The notes under the pieces were generated by a model. That model was given only the letters and a program-made list of their open reading frames with translations. It did no database searches and was not told the origin of the DNA. A DNA stretch of 64,000 nt from Camelus dromedarius (Eukaryota). Shown here piece after piece: positions 25,452 to 36,005 of this stretch; the first letter of the stretch is position 1, and each line of letters begins with the position of its first letter. The translations under genes were made by a program, and so were the position numbers. Location of the stretch: NCBI RefSeq assembly GCF_036321535.1, contig NC_087436.1, positions 45,572,001 through 45,636,000 of the forward strand. The letters are read 5' to 3'.

Positions 25452-27118
25452 CAAATGCATGTTTTCATACAGCACTGTGTCCACATTTCTTCATGTGGAG
25501 AAGACTGAACTTCTATTTCCCTATTCATTTTACCTTTTTAAGCATTTTATCCTAATTAAATATATGGTTCTCTCTTGAAATGGTTAGCAAAGTACCATTT
25601 GCTAGAAGGGGAAAATATTGAATAACCCAAATAAAAAGAGAACCTTTCTTTTTTTTTGAGGAAAAAAATCTGTTGCAAAAGTTATGGCTAAATTAAATTG
25701 TAGAGTCCCTACTTTAAAACACCAATATACCCGTCAGTCCTGATGTTTTCACTTGCTCTTGCTGCACCCAGCATCTTGATAGAAAGTAGTATTTGTTCTC
25801 ATTTTGACTGCCCTAAAATACACAAGCTGTAACACCCTGCTGTTGGCTTTGGTGAAAACAAACTTCGAGCTTAGTTCCACTGAACCCTTTGAGGAGGAAT
25901 AACTAGAGGGCTTGGTGGCTTCTGGACAGTTTCCTCTTGTTTCCTTAAAGCTTCCGGGCAAAACCCTGAGAGAGATTCTATAAACTCTAAATAGATTTAT
26001 AATTTAAAACACTCTTCAAAGATTAATAAAACCATGTATCTGTAACCTTTATTCAAAAAAGCAGGAATTTTTTTTTTTAAAAGGAAAGAACCAAAGTGCC
26101 TAATTTTTTAGGACAAAATGAGCAATCTCTTGACTAAAAGAAGCTACTAGAAATCACTTTGATTAGAAGTATTTTATACTGGAAACCAACCAGGAAATAG
26201 GAGCTACTTAAAAAAAAATTAACTCCTTTATCCCACTGTAAGTTTTAAATTATTGTTTCTTGATGCAGTTTAAGTAACTACACAAAGGTAAGGGCGATTG
26301 TCTCTGCTGTGACATTGATGACAGGTGCACTAAGAAATGCATTCAAGTATTTTTACAGAATGGGGAGTGTCAGAGACAGCTGGGCTTGCAAACCTTACGG
26401 AAGTCTTTTATTGTTTCCTGTACTGGATCAAGTCCAAAAGTGAGAAAAATTACCCCGTAGAACTGCCAAGTTTTCAGGCTGCTCAGATAACCCTGGTCTT
26501 GTAGTAGGAAAGAAATGTGAGCCAAAGTACAAGAATAGTGACAATTTTATAAGAAAAAAAAAAATATTTCTCAGGGAACAGTTTTCTCAGAAGTGGTCCT
26601 TTTGCTTAGACTAATAGAATGCAAAGTGGAGAACCATCCACTCAAAACAAGAAAGAAAATCAGACTGATTATCCACTCCTAGGCTGCTGTAGGAATCCAA
26701 GAAGTGAAGATTTCAACCAGGCTTCCTTGGGGCTTTTAGGGAATCCACGAGAGCCTTTGCCAGGGGAGGGGGCACAGGAGGTAGGTGTCAGTGTTGAATG
26801 GGAAATTTTTATTGTTTGAAAATTGTGTTTTCCAAAAATTTTTAGGATTACCCTGATTTAAAGTGAACAAGTACCCTCTTTGAAGAATAGAAAAGAAATG
26901 ACAGCTTTTGCTCCAAATTTTCAAACCTAATAACCAGTGTAGACAGTATATGCCCAGGGCTTTATCTATACTATCTCACTCATCCTCACAACTGAAGAAA
27001 ATACCATTAGAGGGAGGTCACATTTTTTTTCAAGATGGATGAGTTGTTTGAATATTTCAGTGTGCCCAGATATTTCAGAACCTTCATAATTCAAAAACAT
27101 TTTCTCATAGGAATAGTT

Positions 27119-27251
27119 GTTTTTACTTTTTTATTGGAGTATAGTTGGTTTACAATGTTGTGTTAGGTTCTGGTATACAGCATAGTGATTGGTTATACAT
27201 ACATGTATTCTTTTTCCGTACTTTTCATTATAGGTTATTACAAGATATTGA
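27119..27251 (-). mobile_element. Very short LINE-1 3' end with TSD
   Basis: tttttattggagtatagttggtttacaatgttgtg. TSD ctcataggaata at 27104-27115 and 27252-27263. Confidence 0.85.
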
Positions 27252-27430
27252 CTCATAGGAATAATTTTAAACACAACAAATAAATACATACCTAATAGTT
27301 ACTTTCATCATTTCTAACTTTTGCTCCTTCATTTGAAAGTTCTTGGTGTCTGAAACATGTTTCTCTGTTCTCTTGGCACCCCCACTTAATGAACACTTGG
27401 ATGGCACTGTTATAATTTACCAACAGCAAC

Positions 27431-27891
27431 TTTTTAAAAATGAAAGTATAGTTGATATACAATGTTGTGTTACTTGCTTGTGTAGAGCAAAGTGATCCAG
27501 TTTATTTATATATATATATTCTTTTTCATATTTTTTCCATTATGGTTTATTACAAGATATTGAATATAGTTCCTTGTGCTATACAGTATAAACTTATTTT
27601 TTATCTGCTTTATATATAGTTTGTATCCGCTAATCCCAAACTCCTAATTTATCCCTCCCTCCCCCCTCCCCCCATTCTTCCCTTTTGTAACCATAAATTT
27701 GTTTTCTTTTTCTGTGAGTCTGTTTTGTAAATAAGTTCATTTGTAGCATATTTTAGATTCCACATATAAGTGAAATCATATGATATTTATCTTTATCTGA
27801 CCTCACTTAATATGATAATCTCATCTGTGTTACTGCAAATGGCACTATTTCATTCTTTTTTATGGCTGAGTAGTATTCTGTTGTGTATGTA

Positions 27892-27922
<31 letters not shown>

Positions 27923-27951
27923 CTGAGTAGTATTCTGTTGTGTATGTGTGA

Positions 27952-27993
<42 letters not shown>

Positions 27994-28504
27994 CTACGTA
28001 CAACATCCTCATCCATTCACCTGTTGGTGGACATTTAGGTTGCTTCCATGTCTTGGCTATTGTGAATAATGCTGCTATGAACATTAGGGTGCATGTATCT
28101 TTTCAGATTAGTTTTCTCTTGATATATGCCCAGGAATGGGAGTGCTGGGTCATATGGTAACTATTTTTCCTGTTTTAAGGAATCTGCATGCTGTTCTCCA
28201 TTGTGGCTGCACCAATTTACATTCCCACCAGCAATGTAGGAGGGTTCCTTTTTCTCCACATCCTCTCCAGCATTTATTATTTGTGAACTTTTTTATGATG
28301 GCCATTCTGACTGGGTGAGGTGATACCTCATTGTAGTTTTGATTTGCATTTCTCTAACAATTAGTGATGTTGAGCATCTTTTCATGTGCCATTGGCCATC
28401 CGGATGTCTTCTTTGGAGAAATGTCTATTTAGAAATACCTACTTAAACGTCTATAGACATTTAGGTCTTCTGCTCACTTTTGATTGGGTTGTTTTTTGTT
28501 GTTG
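27431..28504 (-). mobile_element. 5'-truncated LINE-1
   Basis: Minus [22 protein letters not shown] plus 3' UTR, flanked by accaacag at 27419-27426 and 28505-28512. Confidence 0.92.
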
Positions 28505-28781
28505 ACCAACAGTGATTGTTAAAGTAACAGTAGTCACCAAAATGACCTTTAAAACTTCTGAGGCACCTAAACAACAGAGTGGTTCAGAAGATAATGACCA
28601 AAGATGTGGGTATTTTTCTGTTCCCCACTAATGTGGTGCTCCCACGTGGCAGCATTATAAATGTATTTTAAATCAGTTGGGCCATTAGCTTTGAAATTAT
28701 GTGATTCTTGAGTATATTTTAGATGTAGAGAATTCATATTCCTTCAAATTTTGCATATTAGGTACATCCTGATTAATATTT

Positions 28782-28856
28782 TGTGTGTATGTGTATATAT
28801 GTGTGTGTGTATGTATGTATGTGTGTATATATATGTGTGTGTATGGGTGTGTATAT
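28782..28856. repeat. Degenerate (TG/TA)n microsatellite
   Basis: Directly visible. Confidence 0.9.
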
Positions 28857-29785
28857 CTCGATATTTCACAATGTCATGCTCCAGATCCATATAAAATGCA
28901 ACTGTGTCCCTATTTTGAAGGAACTGATGCTTAGAGTGATGAAGACATACCTATGGACATACAGCTTATAAGTGGCAGCATCACATTTAGTTGCCCTACT
29001 TCAGAAGCTCCCGCTCTTTGCCATGCTGCTCATATGACCGGGAAAATCAAAAATAAAAGTGCTAATTCCAGAAAGATTTTGTGAGTAGCTTACAAAAGAG
29101 GGGAATATGATTTTATGAGCCAGGGAAGGAGGAGAAACTTTGCTGAGTTTCTCCAACTGTAACTTGTGGACCATGTGCATCTGGAATGTTTAAAAATTCC
29201 CATATCTGGGTCTTCCCCCAAAGCACAGCTTGGAAATCTGCATTTTTACTAACCTCCAGGGTTCACTGTCATTAAAATCTGTGTAATTTCAGGGTGCTCA
29301 TATGCCCCTTAGACATCACCCTCTTCCCCACCCCCAAGTCCAGGGACATCCCCCCATCCACACTGGCAATTCCTACTGAACAACTAAAGATTTCCAGACG
29401 TTCCGTGGATGAGAAGTCCAGTGCATGGTGAGCTGCTTTGCAGAGGTATCAGACTGTGGCTCTGGGGCCAACTGTGGCATACTTGATCCTTACTCATGCA
29501 TTTCTTACTGTGCCTCTGACCTTTCTACAGACATTTCACACACACCACACCCCCCTGCACCATGGACTGTTAACTGGGTGCTTGCACCTGAGATAACATC
29601 AGTGTTCTGGTAAGCTTTTACTCAGCTTCCTGGTGAATCCGCTTCCCGACTGGCCTAATGCCAGCTCGGCACAGTCAAGGGAGGCAGAGCAGCCCCAGGG
29701 CAGGGTCTCTGAAATCCCTCTGCTTGTGACCTCCTAGGAGGGAAATGCCTCCATGATGCTGGCCTCTGCGCCCCACCTCCCTCCA

Positions 29786-29802
29786 CCCCCCCCCCCCCCC
29801 CC
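29786..29802. repeat. Poly-C (C17) tract
   Basis: Directly visible. Confidence 0.95.
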
Positions 29803-30499
29803 GCACATGGCATTTACCAAATCTGCTCCTGTTTCACATCAGTTGGCATTTTCTCTTTTGGATGTCCCATCTTGCCTCTCTCTCAACATTGTCTGAACTA
29901 GTTTTATAAAAAAAAATGTTTTTAGCGTATACTTTAACTCAGTTCCTCCGCCGGGAATTTATCTCAAGGAAATAACACCAAACAAGGAAAGGCTTCATGG
30001 ATAATGATATTTATGGCAGCATTATTTATACTTGAAAGAAATGAGAAGCAGTATGGAGAGGAGTGGTAATTACCGTGCAAGCATCCAATGAAACAGTGAC
30101 GCAGACTTATTAAATAGGGGGTTCGTGAAGACCAGGTAGCAGCATGGAAAGATTGCTCGTGGTAAGAGATGTCGCTAAGTAGGCTGCTCTGCTTAGTACG
30201 CTCAGCTCCACCATGAATGGAAAACGAGCAAGACTGGAAGGTAATACAAATTATAATCACTGTGTTGTGTTGATAGGATCATGACTAGTTCTTCCTCTCT
30301 ATTTCCTGAATTTTCTGAAGTATACTGTAATTAAATTATGCTTTTAATAAAGCTCAGCAGACTCTGCAATCAGGATGGCCCGAGTACCTCCTACGTGCCA
30401 GGCCCCACAGGTGGAAGGAAGCTTTGACTTCACCCTCACCTGCTCAGGCCACCTCTCCACTCGGGTTACCTCTAATGGGCCTGACAGCAGTTGCCTCAT

Positions 30500-31872
30500 G
30501 CTTCTTCTGCAACAGTTCCCCTCCTCTACTCTGACCTACAAAAGTTGAAGCGCCCTAGGGCTCAGTTAGGTGCTCCCATCTCTCCTTTATTTCAGTTCTC
30601 TCCCTAAATGATCTCATCTCATTAAGCCATGTTTAAATATCAGATGACTCTCAAATTGAAGTTTCCAGCCCGCACCTCCTTCCTAAACTCCAAAGTCCCC
30701 ATTAAAGCTACTTCATCTTTACGTGGATGTGCTTATGACAGACATCTCATATCTAAAATATCTCAACAGCACTGGATTTCCTCTCCACCCACTCCCCACT
30801 AGACTTAATAATTCAATTCATTCCTCTCTATCTGGGTACCTGGCCTCATTATCCACCCTTGTTAAGCAGGCCAGAAGTCTTTGTCATCTTCTTTGCTATT
30901 TGGCACCACCACACAGTGTTCAGGATGTCTTCTCAGGTATGGAGGTTTGTCTACTTGTTTCTGTTTATATCCGCTGTCACCCCATACCAGCCACCACCAT
31001 CTCTCATTTAGAAATGAGAGATATAAGGCCTGTTTAAATGTTCTCCCAGATGGATTTCTTATATAATGATAAATTATTGTCATTTAATATTATGAATAAT
31101 TATACATTAGTTTTAATTATATATTAACTATTAATGGTATATTACTTTTTGTAGCGTATCTCATTGTCTTACAGTCCATTCTTCACACAGCAGCCTGAGT
31201 TATCATTATCAAACAGAAATCACAGTGGGGAGAGTAGAGCTCAGTGGTAGAGTGCGAGCTTAACATGCACGAGGTCCTGGTTCAATCCCCAGTACCTCCA
31301 TTAAAAAAAAAAAAACCATAAATCACATATCATTCCCCTGCTTAAAACCCACCAATGCCTATGCAGTACAGTTAGAATAAAATAAATATTATTATTATTT
31401 TTATTAATATTACTATCACTATAACCATATAAAATCCTCAGAGGCCCTCCAAGTGCGAGTCCCTGCCCACCTGCTGAACTGAGTTTCCCTCCAGCCCCTG
31501 TCACTGGCGGCCTCCCTGGCCTGGCCCCACCAGCACACCCAGCTCACTCCTGCTCTGCCATTGTCTGTCCCTCCGCTTGCTGTGTTCCACTTGCTGTGTT
31601 GGCCAGACTGGCTCACGTGTCACCACCTCTGAGAGGACTTCTCTGATCTCAGCAGATGATCCTGTCCCCAACTCCTAACCATTATCACCTCACCCAGTTT
31701 AATTATCATCATGGCACTTGCCACTATTTGAAATCTTTAAGCTATTTTTATGTATTTGTTATCCCCTCCCACTAGAATGTAGACTCCATGACAACTGGCT
31801 CCTTGTCTTTTTCTCTTTTTTTAAATCCCTTGAACCTAAAAAGAACTTAGTATGTGGTAGGCATAGAATAAG
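30500..31872 (+). mobile_element. LINE-2 (long degenerate copy interrupted by an AT-rich patch and a SINE)
   Basis: gatgactctcaaatt..tttccagccc, tccattcttcacacagcagcc and ccactagaatgtagactccatga (L2 3' end). Confidence 0.7.
31227..31315 (+). mobile_element. tRNA(Ala)-derived short SINE (camelid Vic-1-like)
   Basis: Box A agagctcagtgg, box B ggttcaatccc and a poly-A tail. Imperfect TSD aaacagaaatcaca (31211-31224) and aaccataaatcaca (31314-31327). Confidence 0.85.
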
Positions 31873-31884
31873 TTTCTTTTTTCT

Positions 31885-32378
31885 CATAAGCCTTTTTATT
31901 TGCCATATATCATATATACAGAAAACTGTCTGAATAGGAAGCATAGAACTCAATGACCTTTTAGCAAAGGGAACTCCCTGGTGTAATCCCCGCCCAGATT
32001 AAGCCCTAGAACACTGCCAGTACCAAGCTTCTCTCTGCACACCTTCCCAAGTAGCCTCTCCCCAAAAGTAACTACTACTCTGACATCCATCATCAGATTA
32101 ATTTTGCCTATATTTGAACTTTGTATGAACAGACTCATACAGTATATACTCTTGAGTGTCTGAGTTCTTTCATTCAGCATTCTGTTTCTGAGAATTATCC
32201 ATGTTTTTGCATGCAGCAGTAATTCCTTTGTTCTTATTGCTGTATAGTGCTTCATTTATTCATTTTATTTTACTCTACTGTAGGTAGACATTTGGGTTGT
32301 TTTACTGTGGAGATAACTATGATAATGCTGCTGGGAACATTTGTTTACCTGTCTTTTAATGTGCATTATGCTGGCATT
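31885..32378 (-). mobile_element. Ancient L1M (L1MD/ME-like) 3' part, left half
   Basis: ttttgcctatatttgaacttt...tcatacagtatatactc...tagacatttgggttgttt; continues at 35821. Confidence 0.7.
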
Positions 32379-32392
32379 TCTGTTGAGTTTTT

Positions 32393-35300
32393 TTTTAAAC
32401 AGTTTTATTGAGTTATAATCATTTTACAATGTTGTGTCAAATTCTAGTGTAGAGCACAATTTTTCAGTTATACATGAACACATATATATTCATTGTCACA
32501 TTTTTTTCTCTGTGAGCTACCATAAGATCTTGTATATATTTCCCTGTGCTATACAGTATAATCTTGTTTATCTATCCTACATTTTGAAATCCCAGTCTGT
32601 CCATTCCCAGCCCCCACCCCCTTGGCAACCACAAGTTTGGGTTCTATGTCTATGAGTCTGCTTCTGTTTTGTATTTATGTTTTGTTTGTTTTTTTAGATT
32701 CCTCATATAAGCGATCTGATACGGTATTTTTCTTTCTCTTTCTGGCTTACTTCACTTTGAATGACATTCTCCAGGAATATCCGTGTTGCTGCAAATGGCA
32801 TTATGTTGTTGGTTTTTATGGCTGAAGAGTATTCCATTGTATAAATATACCACATCTTCTTTATCCAGTCATCTATTGATGGACATCTAGGCTTCTTCCA
32901 TCTCTTGGCTATTGTAAATAGTGCTGCTATGAACATTTGGGTGCAGGTGTCATTTGAAGTAGGGTTCCTTCTGGATATATGCCCAGGAGCGGGATTACAG
33001 GGTCATATGGTAAGTCTATGCCTAGTCTTTTAAGGAATCTCCATACTGTTTTCCACAGTGGCTGCACCAAATCGCACTCCCACCAGAGTGTAGGAGGGTT
33101 CCCTTTTCTCCACAGCCTCTCCAGCATTTGTCATTTATGGATTTTTGAATGATGGCCATTCTGACTGGTGAGAGGTGATACCTCATTGTAGTTTTGATTT
33201 GCATTTCTCTGATAATTAGTGATATTGAGCATATTTTCATGTGCCTATTGGCCATTTGTATTTCTTCCTTGGAGAAGTGCTTGTTTAGGTCTTCTGCCCA
33301 TTTTTGGATTGGGTTGTTTGCTTTTTTCATATTAAGTCGTATGAGCTGCTTATGTATTCTGGAGATCAAGCCTTTGTTGGTTTCATTTACAAAAATTTTC
33401 TCCCATTCCGTAGGTTGTCATTTTGCTTTACTTATGGTTTCCTTTGCTGTTCATAAGCTTGTAAGTTTTATTAGGTCCCATTTGTTTGTTCTTGCTTTTA
33501 TTTCTATTGCTTGGGTAGACTGCCCTAGGAGAACATTTTTGAGATATATGTCAGATAATGTTTTGCCTATATTTTCCTCTAGAAGGTTTACTGTATCTTT
33601 CTTATGTTTAAGTCTTTGATCCATTTGGAGTTTATTTTTGTGTATGGTTTAAGGGAGTGTTCTAGCTTCATTGATTTACTTGCTGCTGTCCAGTTTTCCC
33701 AACACCATTTGCTGAAGAGACTGTCTTTATTCCATTGTATATTCTTGCCTCCTTTGTCGAAGATTAGTTGACCAAAAGTTTGTGGGTTCATTTCTGGGCT
33801 CTATTCTGTTCCATTGGTCTGTATGTCTGTTTTTGTACCAATACCATGCTGTCTTGATGACTGTAGCTCTATAGTATTGTCTGAAGTCTGGGAGAGTTAT
33901 TCCTCCGGCCTCTTTCTTTTTTGTCAGTAATGCTTTGGCAATTCTAGGTCTTTTGTGGTTCCATATAAATTTTATTATGATTTTTTCTAGTTCTGTGAAA
34001 TATGTCCTGGGTAATTTGATAGGGATTGCATTAAATCTGTAGATTACCTTGGACAGTGACCATTTTAATAATATTGATTCTTCCAATCCAGGAGCATGGG
34101 ATATCTTTCCAGTTTCTAAAGTCTTCTTTAATTTCCTTCATCAATGGTTTATAGTTTTCTATGTATAATTCTTTCACCTCCTTGGTTAGATTTATTCCTA
34201 GCTATTTTATTACTTTGGGTGCTATTTTAAAGGGGATTGTTTCTTTACTTTCTTTTTCTGTTGATTCATCGTTAGTATAAAGAAATGCAACTGATTTTTG
34301 AACGTTAATCTTGTAACCTGCTACCTTGCTGAATTCTTCAATCAGCTCTAGTAGTTTTTGTGTGGACCTTTTAGGATTTTCTATGTATAGTAACATGTCG
34401 TCGGCATATAGTGACACTTTTACCTCTTCTTTTCCAATTTGGATCCCTTTTATTTCTCTCACTTGCCTGATTGCTGTGGCTAGCACTTCCAAGACTATGT
34501 TGAATAGGAGTGGTGATAGTGGGCATCCTTGTCTTGGCCCAGATTTTAGTGGGATGGTTTTGAGTTTTTCACCGTTGAGTACTATGCTGGCTATAGGTTT
34601 GTCATATATAGCTTTTATTATGTTGAGATATGTTCCCTTTATACCCACTGTGGTGAGAGTTTTTATCATTAAATGGGTGCTTAATTTTATCAAATGCCTT
34701 TTCTGCATCTATTGAGATGATCATGTGGTTTTTGTCCTTTCTCTTGTTGATGTGATGTATTACATTGATTGATTTGTGTATGTTGAACCACCCTTGTGTC
34801 CCTGGGATGAACCCCACTTGGTCATGATGTATAATCTTTTTTATGTGCTGTTGGATCCTATTTGCTAATATTTTGGTGAGGATTTTTGCATCTATGTTCA
34901 TCAGTGATACTGACCTATAATTCTCTTTTTTGGTAGTGTCTTTGCCTGGTTTTGGTATCAGGGTCATGGTGGCTTCATAGAATGAGTTTGGGAGTATTCC
35001 CTCCTTTTCCATCTTCTGGAAGAGTTTGAGAAGGACTGGTATGAGTTCTTCTTTGTATGTTTGGTAGAATTCCCCAGTGAAGCTGTCCAGTCCTGGACTT
35101 TTATTTGCAGGGAGGTTGTTTTATTGCTAATTCAATTTCATTTCTAGTGATCAGCTTGTTCAAGTGGTCAGTTTCTTCTTGGTTCAGTCTTGGTGGACTG
35201 TATGTTTCCAGAAACTTGTCCATCTCCTCTAGGTTATCCATTTTGGTTCCATATACTTTTTCATAATATTCTCATATGATATTCTGTATTTCTATGTTAT

Positions 35301-35806
35301 TTGTTGTAATGTCTCCATTTTCCTGTCTTATTTTGCTTATTTGTGCTCTTTTTTCTTTTTTGTGAGTTTGGCCAGAGGTTGTCGATTTTACTTACTTTTT
35401 CAAAAAACCAGCTTTTGGGGTTTTTTTTGTTTTGTTTTGTTTTGTTTTAGTCTCTTTAATTTGTTTCCCCCTTGATCTTTATTATTTCCTTCCTTCTGCT
35501 GCCTTTTGGGGTTTTTTGCTCTTCTTTTTCTAATTCTTTTAGCTGGTGGGTTAGATTATTTATTTGAGATTGTTCTTTTTTGAGGAAGGCCTGTATCACT
35601 ATAAACTTCTCTCTTAGCACTGCCTTTGCTGTGTCCCATAAATTTTGTGTGGTTGTGTTTTCATTTTCATTTGTCTCAAGGTAGTTTTTAATTTCAACTT
35701 CGATTTCATCATTGACCCATTGGTTTTTTAATAGCATGTTGTTTAATCTCCACACTATCCTTTTTTTTCTCCTTTGTTTCTCTGTAGTTGATTTCTAGTT
35801 TCATGG
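32393..35806 (-). mobile_element. 3.4-kb 5'-truncated LINE-1 with decayed ORF2 reverse transcriptase
   Basis: Minus ORFs [40 protein letters not shown] and SLYADDM (RT active site), with multiple frameshifts. TSD tctgttgagttttt (32379-32392) and tcttttgagttttt (35807-35820). Confidence 0.97.
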
Positions 35807-35820
35807 TCTTTTGAGTTTTT

Positions 35821-36005
35821 ACCCAAGAGAGGAATTGCTCAGTCAGAGGGTTTAGCTTTAGCAGATTCTGCCAAACAGTTTTCCAAAGGGTTTATACCAA
35901 TTTATGTTCTCATGAACAGCATGTGAAAATTCCAGTTACTCCCCATTCTTACCTACCATCAATATTGACAGTTTTTCTTCATTTTAGCAATTCTGATGGG
36001 TGACT
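35821..36005 (-). mobile_element. Ancient L1M, right half (continuation of 31885-32378)
   Basis: acccaagagaggaattgct...ctgccaaacagttttccaaag...taccaattta. Confidence 0.7.

Noticed and set aside
31227..31302. Functional tRNA-Ala gene
   Set aside because: Poly-A tail, TSD, degenerate anticodon and T arms, and a second dispersed copy indicate a SINE.
32393..35806. Reverse-transcriptase ORFs as an active or domesticated RT system
   Set aside because: Ordinary 5'-truncated L1 with no promoter or ORF1 and an ORF2 broken into many frames.
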